Part shown: positions 19,411 through 30,000 of the stretch, in pieces
How the letters are laid out: each line of letters starts with the position of its first letter
Numbering within the stretch: the stretch's first letter is position 1
NCBI GenBank assembly: GCA_047637555.1
Contig: JBLIKX010000001.1
Location: 8,294 to 72,293, forward strand
DNA length: 64,000 nt
Origin: Crocinitomicaceae bacterium
GTDB lineage: Bacteria > Patescibacteriota > Minisyncoccia > Phycocordibacterales > UBA1006
Reading direction: 5' to 3'
The notes under the pieces: generated by a model
What the model was told of the DNA's origin: nothing
The model's database searches: none
Seen by the model: the letters and a program-made list of their open reading frames with translations, nothing else
Made by a program: the position numbers and the translations under genes

Positions 19411-19945
19411 ATTTAGAACAAAAATTAAAAAAAGTACGAGATAGCTTATTCCTATTTTTTAATAATTACTGTTTTTTCACCTATGCTATTTGTGTTTATT
19501 CAAGAAAGAATTAAGTTGACTGAGATTTTTTAGAATATGAATGAGGTCAAGAGCGCAGATAATTAATAAAGAAGAGTATTAATTAATACATTAAATGCTG
19601 AATATTTACTCCCAGTAGTCTTAATTATCTTAGTTGCTTAAGACATACAAATTTGTGCTTATTGCTGACGATTATCATATTAACATTAGGTATATGATTG
19701 AAATTGCAATTATATGAATTATTCTTGAGCTACTCCTTAACTATCCGTCTACCTTAGACTTGTGCAAATTATTCTTGTGATACTTGGTCTTTGGTTAGCT
19801 ATTATTTATCATATTTTTATCCATTTATGATAAATGAACCACTCTGTTTGGTTATTACCTAATGTGCTTGAAAATTAAGCTAATGTGGTAAATTAAATGT
19901 AGTTGCCGACCATGTTTAAACTTAAACAGGTCTGTGGTTATTATC

Positions 19946-19988
19946 GCCATCATAGCTCAGTTGGTAGAGCGCCACCATGGTAAGGATA
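19946..19988 (+). pseudogene. truncated tRNA-Thr(GGU)-like 5' half (acceptor, D-arm, anticodon loop only)
   Basis: 'GCCATCA-TA-GCTC-AGTTGGTA-GAGC-G-CCACC-ATGGTAA' gives a canonical acceptor strand, D-arm and an anticodon loop reading GGT. The 3' anticodon-stem strand ('GGATA') does not pair, and no T-arm or 3' acceptor follows. Confidence 0.5.
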
Positions 19989-20005
19989 CGAGGCTGAGTG
20001 AGTAC

Positions 20006-20036
20006 AAAAAAACCACAGCAATAAGCTGTGGTTTTT
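20006..20036. terminator. rho-independent terminator (serves minus-strand rnpB; bidirectional)
   Basis: CCACAGC-AATAA-GCTGTGG hairpin with a 7-A run 5' and a 5-T run 3'. Confidence 0.65.
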
Positions 20037-20040
20037 ATAT

Positions 20041-20364
20041 GTTTATGTCGATAAGCCGGATCCTGTCTAGGGTAATCATTTATCTTGATTATATGTCACC
20101 ATATAATTCCTTGCGGCACTCTGAATAAATTCAGTACGACTTTGCATGTGGGTAAGGGTTTAGCCGTTTCACTATCTATGTCACCATAGAAATTCATCTA
20201 CTAGAGATGCCATCATCTTTCGAATTAGGCGTCACTGCTCGCACCTCGCGTATTACTACGGACAGGGGTTACCTGCTACCATTTTTGAACTCCGAAGAGT
20301 AAAACATGTCCGGACTTTCCTCACTTTCTGGTAAACCAGATTCGCGCGATTACCTAACATAAAC
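20041..20364 (-). ncRNA. rnpB: RNase P RNA (bacterial type)
   Basis: On the minus strand: P1 is GUUUAUGU (5') pairing with ACAUAAAC (3'). P3 is the hairpin CUGGUUUACCAG. The P4 5' strand is 'AGUGAGGAAAGUCCGGAC' (consensus GGAAAGUCCGG). CR-II-like is 'GUGAAACGG'. CR-III / P4 3' strand is 'GACAGGAUCCGGCUUAUCG' (consensus ACAGAAnCCGGCUUAUCG). Total about 324 nt. Confidence 0.8.
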
Positions 20365-20445
20365 ATTAGTAGTGTACGGTATGTTATTAAAAATACAAAT
20401 AAAAAAAGCAGATATACTGCTTTTCTTTTTCTAAAAGAAAAAATT

Positions 20446-20568
20446 ATTTTTCCTCTTCTTTTTTTGTAAGTTGAGTTAAATCAAATACCTCACAGTTATA
20501 GCTTTCTCCTGGTTCAGAACAATCGGTCTGGATTGACACTGACATTTCATCTATGGGTGTTTTCTTCA
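20446..20568 (-). CDS. possible 40-aa small protein (MKKTPIDEMSVSIQTDCSEPGESYNCEVFDLTQLTKKEEEK)
   Basis: ATG ORF immediately upstream of rnpB, followed by the hairpin AGCAG-ATAT-ACTGCT and a T-run (20407..20430, read on the minus strand). Confidence 0.25.
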
Positions 20569-20643
20569 TGATACTAAGTTTTTTCTAGTATAGCTAAAAT
20601 ACACTATTCTTGGCAAGTCCTTTTATGTGGATATACTGGATAT

Positions 20644-21336
20644 ATGAACTTCCACATAATAACTATTTTCCCAAACCTTTTTGACTCCTATCTAGGAGAT
20701 TCGATGATGAAAAAAGCCATTGATGCAAAAAAAATAAATATTCAATTCTATAACCCACGAGATTACACTCAGAATAAACATAACAAGGTAGACGACATTC
20801 CTTATGGTGGAGGTCCAGGCATGATCATGACGGTTGATCCTATTATGCGTGCATGGAATTCTGCTCGATATAAAAGGAGCGATAGTAAATTTATACGTCT
20901 CTTAAAAACAGGAAGAATTAATGGGGTAAAGAAATATAAAACCGTAATTTTGTCTCCAGGAGGAATAGAATTTACAACTAACTATGCAAAGGAAGCCGTT
21001 AACAATTACACCGATATCATTTTTATTTGTGGTCGTTATGAAGGAATTGATGCACGTGTTGCTCAGATTATTGGAGTTGAGGCAGAGGATGTTTCTATTG
21101 GTAATTATGTATTAACTGGGGGGGAATTACCTACGATGGTCATGATTGATTCAATTTCACGCCAAATAGACGGAGTTTTAGGAAATACTAATTCACGAGA
21201 GGAAGAGCGTATTTCGTCACACGAAATGTATACACGCCCAGCTGAGTATAAACATAATAAAAAAACCTATTCAGTACCAGATGTTCTTACGAAAGGGAAC
21301 CACAAGTTAATAAATGAATGGAGAAAAAACCACTAA
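20644..21336 (+). CDS. trmD: tRNA (guanine37-N1)-methyltransferase
   Basis: 'IITIFPNLF', 'DDIPYGGGPGM', 'CGRYEGIDARV', 'SIGNYVLTGGELP' TrmD/SPOUT motifs. Confidence 0.8.
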   Translation: MNFHIITIFPNLFDSYLGDSMMKKAIDAKKINIQFYNPRDYTQNKHNKVDDIPYGGGPGMIMTVDPIMRAWNSARYKRSDSKFIRLLKTGRINGVKKYKTVILSPGGIEFTTNYAKEAVNNYTDIIFICGRYEGIDARVAQIIGVEAEDVSIGNYVLTGGELPTMVMIDSISRQIDGVLGNTNSREEERISSHEMYTRPAEYKHNKKTYSVPDVLTKGNHKLINEWRKNH

Positions 21337-21398
21337 TGAGATATTGCTTTTTGATTTATTTTTAGTAAATGGTATAGTTAAAAAAAATCTTATAAGAT

Positions 21399-21938
21399 AT
21401 GAACTATAGAAAAAAAGAACAGATTCTAATTCCTAGAGATAGACATTCTTCTGATATGAGCACTATTTTTATTTCAGATCATGATTTATTCCCAACTCAG
21501 CTCAAGGTTATTGAAAAGATGCACGGACATGATAAGAGGCAGATAGAAAACATAACGAGCACTCACTTACCTAATCGCTATGTTTCATTTCAAGATTGGA
21601 TAGAAGTTGTCATGAATTATGTACATGACCCTAGTGTTTCTGGTATTTATATTGTAATACATCGAGAATGGAAGACTAGATTCATCAAAGAATATATAGA
21701 ACCTGGAAAGGTTAATGGGGCTTTGATTGGTTGGTTTACGGGGTTTGGTGAAAAAGAATATCTTAGTCATGTAAAACAAAAAATGACTTATATATGGCAT
21801 GGTTGCGTTCTTGATTTTGATATCGAGAAAAATTTTGGAAGGACCCCTGTTATTAAGAAACATCGCAAGAAAAAAGATTCTATTTCTGAACTTAAAATAA
21901 CAAGGCCGAATAAAACACAACAAAGAAGAAAAAAATAG
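21399..21938 (+). CDS. hypothetical protein with a basic C-terminal tail
   Basis: ORF only, in an AT-rich stretch. Confidence 0.35.
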   Translation: MNYRKKEQILIPRDRHSSDMSTIFISDHDLFPTQLKVIEKMHGHDKRQIENITSTHLPNRYVSFQDWIEVVMNYVHDPSVSGIYIVIHREWKTRFIKEYIEPGKVNGALIGWFTGFGEKEYLSHVKQKMTYIWHGCVLDFDIEKNFGRTPVIKKHRKKKDSISELKITRPNKTQQRRKK

Positions 21939-22041
21939 TAAAAACCCCCATATATTTTAAGTATATGGGTTTTTATATTTGACATTTCAAAAATTGAATT
22001 TATAATTGATTTAAAATAAATAATAATTTAATAAAAAAAAT

Positions 22042-23208
22042 ATGAAAAAAAAATGTGATTTTGGATCAAAAGCTTTTAATATTGCTGCATATTTACTTAT
22101 TAATAAGATTAAAAATATTACTTTTGATGGTGCTGCTGGCACAGGAAAAACTACTTTTGCTCGCAGGTTAAAAGAATTTTGCGAGATAAAAGGGATAAAT
22201 GTTGCACTCACAGCTGTAACTGGAACTGCTGCAAATAATATTGGTGGTGTAACTATCTCTAGTTTTTGCCAGTTGAGAACTTACAATTTAGAAGACCATG
22301 AGATTATTGAGCGTAATCAATTAGTTACTGCATTGTTGCGGCTAGTAAAAATACTTGTTATTGATGAAGTTAGTATGCTAACTGATGAGCAATTAAGACA
22401 AATAAACATTGCATGTCAGGCGGCAAAAGGAAACAAAAAACCTTTTGGTGGTATTTCTGTATTGCTAATGGGCGATCTTTGCCAACTTGAGCCTATAGAG
22501 ATCAACGATGATGAAATTATTGCTATCGATTCTGTCTTGGAAACAAAAGAGTATTTAAAAAAACTAAATTTTACTCAAATTCGTTTAAAAAAAAATTATA
22601 GACAGACAGATGAAAGAAGTCTTTATTTTTTAAATTCTTTAAGAAATATGATTGTTAATAAATCCATTAATAAAACAAAGATTAATGAGTTGTTTAATTT
22701 TCTCAAAAAAAATACTTCTCATGGAATACATCTTTATTCAAACATTAAAGATGTACCCTTAGAAGAGTTTAACCCAAGTCATTATTATTATTCAAAAGGT
22801 AATGCTCCTTATACGGCACTTCCTATAATGTATGGTTATAATTATCTAATAACAAAAAATACTGATAATTATTTTAATGGTCAGCATATTGTTCTAAGCG
22901 AAGATAACGAAGAAGAATTTCTTTATCAAGACTTTTTATATAAAAAAGAGTCAGGTTTTGATAATAATGGTACAGCATGCTTGCACACTGTTTTTGATAG
23001 GGTTATTGCAGAATATTTAGCATTGATTCCTTTGAGTGATATGACAACACGTCGCGTTCAAGGATCTACCTTTGATTCAGGATGCATTGCATCTGAATTT
23101 TTTGCTGAAGATAATAAGGTACTTCAAGTATCTTTAATTGGTTGGCTGAAAACATTATATACAGCACTTGGTAGATTTAGAGATCTATCTAATGTTTCGT
23201 TGTGTTAA
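22042..23208 (+). CDS. Pif1/RecD-like SF1B DNA helicase (compact, 388 aa)
   Basis: Walker A 'DGAAGTGKTT', 'TAVTGTAANNIGGVTISSF' (Pif1 motif Ia/II region), 'LVIDEVSML' (DEAD-like), 'LLMGDLCQLEPI', C-terminal 'RRVQGSTFD' (motif V/VI-like). Confidence 0.6.
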   Translation: MKKKCDFGSKAFNIAAYLLINKIKNITFDGAAGTGKTTFARRLKEFCEIKGINVALTAVTGTAANNIGGVTISSFCQLRTYNLEDHEIIERNQLVTALLRLVKILVIDEVSMLTDEQLRQINIACQAAKGNKKPFGGISVLLMGDLCQLEPIEINDDEIIAIDSVLETKEYLKKLNFTQIRLKKNYRQTDERSLYFLNSLRNMIVNKSINKTKINELFNFLKKNTSHGIHLYSNIKDVPLEEFNPSHYYYSKGNAPYTALPIMYGYNYLITKNTDNYFNGQHIVLSEDNEEEFLYQDFLYKKESGFDNNGTACLHTVFDRVIAEYLALIPLSDMTTRRVQGSTFDSGCIASEFFAEDNKVLQVSLIGWLKTLYTALGRFRDLSNVSLC

Positions 23209-23219
23209 CTAAATAATTC

Positions 23220-23258
23220 AGACCTAAAGCAAACATTTGCTTTAGGTCTTTTATTTGG
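23220..23258 (+). terminator. strong rho-independent terminator after the helicase gene
   Basis: Perfect 14-bp stem AGACCTAAAGCAAA / TTTGCTTTAGGTCT with a 2-nt loop, followed by TTTATTT. Confidence 0.7.
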
Positions 23259-23601
23259 TATAATAAAATTAAAGTCAATATTAACCCAAGGGCTGTGTAA
23301 AAAAAATTGTTTTTTATTTAAAACAATCTGCACACATAATGTTTAATTTTAAAACAAAAAATCTTCATTTAAACTAGCAAAGAAACGTAAAAAGTCATAA
23401 TATTATTTTAATTGATAAATTATAAATAATTTATGCCAAAATCTGATTGAGTTCAGCTACAATAATTTTTAGAATACGGTTATGAAAAAAATGGTTTATA
23501 AGGAGGTGTGGGTTTTATGAAAAAGTCCACATCTAACTAGATAAAAAGCGTAATTTAAAATATATAATTAAGAGCAATACCCTTCTATTGCTCTTTAAAT
23601 T

Positions 23602-23629
23602 TTGACAATTGTAAAAAAATTCGTAATAT
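23602..23629 (+). promoter_or_regulatory. sigma70-like promoter upstream of rpoB
   Basis: TTGACA (23602-23607), 16-nt spacer, TAATAT (23624-23629), about 137 nt upstream of the rpoB ATG. Confidence 0.4.
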
Positions 23630-23735
23630 GCTTAGTACCTAATATCTGATTGAGTTCCTGTTGCATTAGGGTTGCTGTACAACATTATTATATGTTTATC
23701 TCCTTACTAACCCTTAAAAAAGTATAAAACTAAAA

Positions 23736-23755
23736 CACCAAAGTCTTCTTTGGTG
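23736..23755 (+). promoter_or_regulatory. perfect 8-bp hairpin abutting the rpoB start codon
   Basis: CACCAAAG-tctt-CTTTGGTG ends 11 nt before the ATG at 23767, with no SD between them. Confidence 0.35.
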
Positions 23756-23766
23756 CATTTACCGTT

Positions 23767-26700
23767 ATGAATACACGAGAAAAAAAATATTTTTCAAAAT
23801 ATAAAGATCCATTGATTGAAATGCCAAACCTGGTTGAAAATCAAATTGAATCGTTTGAAAAATTTATGAACGGAGGCCTTCAAGAGTCAATTATGGAGTT
23901 CTCTCCAGTTATGGATTACTCAGAAAAGAAATTTGAATTAAATTTCTTGGAATTTTCAGTTGAAAATCCAGAATTTGACGAATACTATGCTCGAGAGAAT
24001 AAAAAAACCTATGAAGCCCGATTAAAGGCCAAGGTCTCTCTTTATAATAAAACACTGGATTCCACGAAAGAAGAAGAAATTTTCTTAACTGAAATTCCAT
24101 TCATGACACCTCATGGTACCTTTATTATTAATGGTATTGAGCGAGTTATTGTGCCTCAGTTAGCACGATCATATGGAGTATTCTTTACCATGGATGACCA
24201 TATTAAGGGTCCATTCTTTGGAGCTAAACTTATTCCTGCACGAGGGGCGTGGATTGAATTTGAATCTAACAAGGATGGAGCCATTTATGTTCGAATCGAT
24301 AAAAAACGTAAGTTTGCTGCAACAGCACTATTGCGTGTTTTTGGATTGGAAACAACCGAAGAAATACTTGAAGCTTTCAAACATGATGAAGTAGCGTACA
24401 AACAAGTTGAAGCAACCCTAGCAAAAGATACCTCATTAGATAAACAAGAAGCTTACGCTGATGTATATCGACGGATTAGAGACGGAGAAGTAGCATCACC
24501 CGATGCACTTGTTGAATATTTTGAAGCTATTTTTGGAGATACCTTATATGATATGTCAGAAGTAGGCCGATATCATTTCAATAAACGATTTGACAAAGAA
24601 CTTCCAAAGAAAGGAGTTTACGAGCAAACACTTCAAGTTGAAGATCTAGTTATTATAATGACAAAGATCGCTCATATGAACATTGACCCAACATCAAAGG
24701 CTGATGATATTGATCATCTTGGTTCAAGGCGTGTACGATTCGTAGGAGAATTGTTGGAGCAAAAGGTAAGACAAGCTCTTTCTCAAATGAAACGAAATAT
24801 TAGAGATAGAATGTCGACTGTTGATAATGATACGACAGGATCAATGACCTTGATTAACCAACGTCCATTCCAAGCTCGAATGAAAGAGTTTTTTGCGACA
24901 TCTCAATTGTCACAATATATGGATCAGGAAAACGCACTATCAGAAATTTCTCACTTGCGGACACTCTCTGCTCTTGGACCTGGAGGTCTTACGCGAGAGC
25001 GTGCTGGATTTGAGGTACGGGATGTTCACCCGTCTCATTATGGACGTGTATGTCCAATCCACACTCCAGAGGGACAAAATATTGGATTGATTCTGCGTAT
25101 GAGTGTTTATGCTCGAATTAATAATTTCGGAATGATCGAAGCTCCGTATGCGAAAGTTATTAAAGGAAAGGTTACAGGGGAAATTGAATATCTTAACGCA
25201 ATGGATGAGGAGAAATATAATATTGCCCATGCATCAAACCCATATGAAAAAAATGGTAAATTCACTAATGAAATTGTAGAGGCTCGTATTAAAACACGAC
25301 CAGGTATTTGTACGCGAGAAGATGTTGATTATATTGACGTTGCGACAAACGCAGCATTTTCAGTTGCAACATCATTGATTCCATTTTTGGAGGCTGATGA
25401 TGCAAATCGATCTCTTATGGGGTCAAACATGATGAAGCAAGCCGTACCATTGGTAGTTCCACAAGCTCCACTTGTTGGAACAGGTATGGAAGGAAAAGCG
25501 GCACTGGATACTGGTCGCGTGGTTATTTCACGTTCAAACGGAACAGTCGTTGAGTCAGATGGTAAGCATATTGTCGTTAAGGATTCAAAAGGAAATCTTG
25601 AAACATATAATTTAATTAACTTTATTCGAACGAATTCAAACTCATTCTTCCATCAACGGTCAATAGTTTCATCAGGTCAAAAAGTTAAAAAAGATGAAGT
25701 ACTCGCTGATACTTCCACAACAGAAGGAGGACAATTAGCTATTGGTCAAAATGTCCTTGTGGCATTTATGTGTTGGAATGGGCAAAACTTTGAGGATGCA
25801 ATCATTCTTTCAGAAAAACTTGTTAAGAACTCAATTTTTACTTCAATTCGAATTGATGAATACGAATGTGTTGTTCGTGATACAAAACTAGGAGAAGAAC
25901 AAACTACAACCGACATTCCAAACGTAGGAGAAGGAAAGCTTGGAAATCTTGATGAAGATGGAATTATCCGTGTTGGAGCATACGTAGGAGAAAACGATAT
26001 CCTCGTTGGTAAGGTTACACCAAAGGGTGAAACTGAACTTACACCAGAAGAAAAACTTTTACGATCAATTTTTGGAGAAAAATCACGAGATGTAAAAGAC
26101 ACATCCCTTCGCCTAGGATACGGAAAAAAAGGACGAATTATTGGGGTAAAAATATTCTCACGAGATGCAGGGCATAAACTTGAATCAGGAGTATTAAAGA
26201 AGGTTTATATTGAAATTGCACAACTACGAAATATCAAGGTTGGAGATAAACTTGCTGGACGTCACGGAAACAAAGGGGTTATTTCTATTGTTCTTCCAGA
26301 GGAAGATATGCCATACATGGCTGACGGAACACCTATTGATGTTATTTTGACGCCACTTGGAATTCCTTCACGTATGAACTTGGGACAAATTCTTGAAATG
26401 CATCTAGGGCTGGCAGCGGATGCTCTAGGTTACCAAGCAATTGTTCCTTCGTTTGCCGGAGCAACTGCTGATGAAATTGCAGAGGAACTTGAAAAGGCTG
26501 GATTCTCTGGTACAGGTAAGGTAACGCTCTTTGATGGTCGAACAGGAGAAAAGTTTGATCAAGATATTGCGGTTGGGTATATGTATATCTTGAAACTGCA
26601 CCACATGATCGATGACAAAATGCACGCGCGTTCAATCGGACCATACTCACTAATCACCCAACAACCTCTTGGTGGTAAGGCTCAATCTGGTGGACAACGA

Positions 26701-27006
26701 TTTGGAGAAATGGAGGTTTGGGCTCTTGAAGGATACGGAGCAGCGCATACCTTGCGTGAAATGTTAACCATTAAATCAGATGATGTCGTTGGTCGATCAG
26801 CTGCCTTTGATTCTATTATTAAAGGTCAAAAGATTACTCAACAGAATACACCTGCTTCATTTGAAGTGTTGGTAAATTATCTGAGAGGATTATGTCTTGA
26901 TGTTAATCTTGATATTATTCGAGAAAACAACCTTATTAGTATTGATGAAGATGCTGTTGTGGAAGTAGAAGCAACAGAGGTAATCTCAGAATCAGATAAC
27001 GCATAA
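23767..27006 (+). CDS. rpoB: DNA-directed RNA polymerase subunit beta
   Basis: 1079 aa. Conserved beta blocks are present throughout, e.g. 'GRYHFNKRFD', 'NIGLILRMS', 'GDKLAGRHGNKGVIS', 'GGQRFGEMEVWALEGYGAA'. Confidence 0.95.
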   Translation: MNTREKKYFSKYKDPLIEMPNLVENQIESFEKFMNGGLQESIMEFSPVMDYSEKKFELNFLEFSVENPEFDEYYARENKKTYEARLKAKVSLYNKTLDSTKEEEIFLTEIPFMTPHGTFIINGIERVIVPQLARSYGVFFTMDDHIKGPFFGAKLIPARGAWIEFESNKDGAIYVRIDKKRKFAATALLRVFGLETTEEILEAFKHDEVAYKQVEATLAKDTSLDKQEAYADVYRRIRDGEVASPDALVEYFEAIFGDTLYDMSEVGRYHFNKRFDKELPKKGVYEQTLQVEDLVIIMTKIAHMNIDPTSKADDIDHLGSRRVRFVGELLEQKVRQALSQMKRNIRDRMSTVDNDTTGSMTLINQRPFQARMKEFFATSQLSQYMDQENALSEISHLRTLSALGPGGLTRERAGFEVRDVHPSHYGRVCPIHTPEGQNIGLILRMSVYARINNFGMIEAPYAKVIKGKVTGEIEYLNAMDEEKYNIAHASNPYEKNGKFTNEIVEARIKTRPGICTREDVDYIDVATNAAFSVATSLIPFLEADDANRSLMGSNMMKQAVPLVVPQAPLVGTGMEGKAALDTGRVVISRSNGTVVESDGKHIVVKDSKGNLETYNLINFIRTNSNSFFHQRSIVSSGQKVKKDEVLADTSTTEGGQLAIGQNVLVAFMCWNGQNFEDAIILSEKLVKNSIFTSIRIDEYECVVRDTKLGEEQTTTDIPNVGEGKLGNLDEDGIIRVGAYVGENDILVGKVTPKGETELTPEEKLLRSIFGEKSRDVKDTSLRLGYGKKGRIIGVKIFSRDAGHKLESGVLKKVYIEIAQLRNIKVGDKLAGRHGNKGVISIVLPEEDMPYMADGTPIDVILTPLGIPSRMNLGQILEMHLGLAADALGYQAIVPSFAGATADEIAEELEKAGFSGTGKVTLFDGRTGEKFDQDIAVGYMYILKLHHMIDDKMHARSIGPYSLITQQPLGGKAQSGGQRFGEMEVWALEGYGAAHTLREMLTIKSDDVVGRSAAFDSIIKGQKITQQNTPASFEVLVNYLRGLCLDVNLDIIRENNLISIDEDAVVEVEATEVISESDNA

Positions 27007-27011
27007 TTATT

Positions 27012-30000
27012 ATGAATACAACAGATACTATGAAAAAGATTCAACAAGAAAAACAGGTTTCAATCCGCTTGGCTTCACCGGAAAAAATTCGGTCATGGTC
27101 TCATGGTGAGGTAGCCAAGCCAGAAACAATTAACTATAGAACAGGTCGTTCTGAAAGGAATGGACTCTTTGATGAGAGAATTTTTGGTCCAGAAAAAGAT
27201 TACGAATGTTACTGTGGAAAATACAAAGGTATTCGTTATCGTGATATTGTATGTGAAAAATGTGGAGTTGAGGTAACACGAGCTATTGTCCGTCGTTCGC
27301 GAATGGGACACATTGGTTTGGCTTCACCCGTTGCCCATATTTGGTTCTTACGAGGGATACCATCACGAATGGGATTGGTACTTAACATACCTGTTTCAAA
27401 ACTAGAAAAAGTTATTTATTTTGCAAGTTACATCATTACTGATGTACACCAGGATGTAAAAGAAAATGTATTGAAGGAGTTGCAGCGAGAATACAAGGCA
27501 AAGCAAAAAACTCTTGAATCAGATGAAGACAAAGAGAAGTTGAAAGGTCTTTTTGATAAAACAAAAAAACAGATTCAAGATATTGTTCTTTATAGTGTTA
27601 TTTCTGAAGATGAATATAACATCTATTCACTAAAATTTGGTTCAATTTTTGAAGCAGGTATTGGTGCAGAAGCAATTTTTTACATCTTCAAGACACTTGA
27701 TCTAGATGTGATTGAGGTAGAGCTTGGAGCTGCAGTAAACGCTACAAAGTCAGTTGCTGTTCGAACAAAAATCGAAAAGCGACTTTCACTTTTACGGTCA
27801 CTTAATCGAGAAAATATCCGTCCAGAATGGATGTTCCTTGAAGTGATCCCAGTTATTCCTCCGGCTTTGCGACCTATGGTTGCTCTTGAAGGAGGACGAT
27901 ATGCAACATCTGATGTTAATGATCTATATCGACGTGTAATCAACCGAAATAATCGTTTGAAGAAACTCATGAAAATTGGAGCACCAGATGTAATTTTAAG
28001 AAACGAAAAACGTATTCTTCAAGAAGCATGTGATTCGCTTATTGATAATACTATTCGTAAGCATTCAGGAACGGTTGCCAAATCTTCATCACAAAAACGA
28101 AATCTTAAATCTCTTTCAGACCAGCTAAAGGGTAAGCAAGGTTTGTTCCGACAAAATCTTCTTGGTAAACGTGTAGATTATTCTGGGCGTTCTGTTATTG
28201 TTGTTGGTCCAAAACTAGGAATCGACCAATGTGGTATTCCTAAAAACATGGCACTTGAACTTTTCCGACCATTTGTTATTTCAAAGATTATTGATCGTGA
28301 AATGGCGTTTAATGTACGTGGAGCAGGAAAATTACTTGAATCACCAACAGACGAAATTTGGGATATTCTTGAAAATATTATTGATGGTAAATATGTTCTT
28401 TTAAACCGTGCCCCAACATTACACCGACTTTCAATCCGAGCATTCAAGCCAATTCTTATTGAAGGAAAAGCTATTCAGCTGCACCCACTTTCGGTTAACG
28501 GATTTAATGCGGACTTTGATGGAGATCAAATGGCCGTACATGTACCGCTTTCAGAAGAAGCACAATACGAAGCTAAAGAGCTTATGGCTGCAAGCAAAAA
28601 TTTATTGCGACCAGCATCAGGTGAACCAACGGTTGCTCCATCACAGGATATGGTTTTAGGAGTGTACTGGATGACCAAAGCCATTGAAGGAGCTTTAGGA
28701 GAAGGAAAGATTTTTTCATCACCAAACGAAGCTATTACTTGTTATGATTTTGACAAGGTAGATTTCCGAGCAAAAATTTACGTACTTCCAACAGATTCAT
28801 CACGATATGATGAATTCGAAGGAAAGCCATTTGAAACAACCGTAGGGCGACTATTATTTAATAGTATTATGCCTAGTGACTTTGGTTATTTGAATCAAGA
28901 CATTAAGAAGAAAGATATTTCAAAAATTATTGCACGATTAATTGAAAAATATGGTATTGCTGCAACAGCTCCTGTTGTTGATAAAATTAAAGACTTTGGA
29001 TTCAAATATGTAACCTTCTCTGGTTCAACATTTGGTTATTCAGATGCAATTATTCCAAAGGAAAAGCACGCTATTATTGACACTGGGCGAAAGGCGGCTT
29101 TAGAGATTCAAGGTCAATATGATGAAGGTCTTATCTCTGAACCAGAACGATATCGAAAAACTATCGAATTATGGGAAGGGGTTAAGGTTGAAGTTGAAAA
29201 GGTTATTGGAGAAAATCTTCATAAATCTGAATCAATTTACGACATGGTTACTTCTGGAGCTCGTGGTTCAACATCAAACATGTTGCAAATGGGTGGTATG
29301 AAGGGTGTTATTGTTAACGCATCAGGACGTGCGATTGATTTCCCAATTTTAAGTTCATATAAAGAAGGGCTTACACCTATTGAGTACTTTATTACAACTC
29401 ATGGATCGCGTAAGGGTCTTACTGATACGGCTCTAAAAACAGCTTCTGCTGGATACCTAACACGTCGACTTCATGATGTTGCTCAAGATGTTGTAGTAAC
29501 AGAAGAAGACTGTAAAACAAAGAAGCATATTATTGCGACTGATATTAATTATGATGGAATTATTAAACCGCTCTTGGAAAATATTCTTGGACGTGTTACA
29601 TCTTCAAAAATTGTCGATGCAAAAGGAGAGACAGTTCTCAAGAAGAACCATCTTATTACTCGTAATGATGCAGAGACAGTTGTTGCCGCTGGTATTACTG
29701 AGGTTGCAGTACGAACACCAATCAAATGTGATTCACTTCATGGTGTCTGCCAAAAATGTTACGGGCTTGATCTTGGGCGAAATGCTTTGGTTAAGGTTGG
29801 AGAAGCAGTAGGAACTATTGCTTCTCAATCAATTGGTGAGCCAGGAACACAACTAACACTTCGAACTTTCCACGCGGGAGGGGTTACAGGGTTAGATATT
29901 ACGACGGGTCTACCTCGTATTGAAGAGTTGTTTGAGAAACGTTCAAACATTAAATCACCAGCACTTATCTCTAAAACAGGAGGTCTTGTTGTTGATGTAA

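Noticed and set aside
19946-20040. Tried to fold a complete tRNA-Thr(GGU) from the fragment.
   Set aside because: The anticodon-stem 3' strand does not pair, and no T-arm or 3' acceptor sequence follows. The next 300 nt are rnpB on the opposite strand.
20148-20175. Plus-strand 'GGGTAAGGGTTTAGCCGTTTCAC' resembling the RNase P 'GGUAAGGGUGAAA' block, which would suggest rnpB on the plus strand.
   Set aside because: P1, P3, P4 and CR-III are all consistently oriented on the minus strand. This short match is just the reverse complement of the CR-II-like 'GUGAAACGG...CCCUUACCC' region.
24940-30000. Multiple 60-120-aa ORFs on both strands inside rpoB/rpoC (e.g. 25746..26102, 26342..26650, 27680..27970, 28178..28447, 29533..29811).
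   Set aside because: They are embedded in, or antisense to, highly conserved RNAP genes and have no independent signals.
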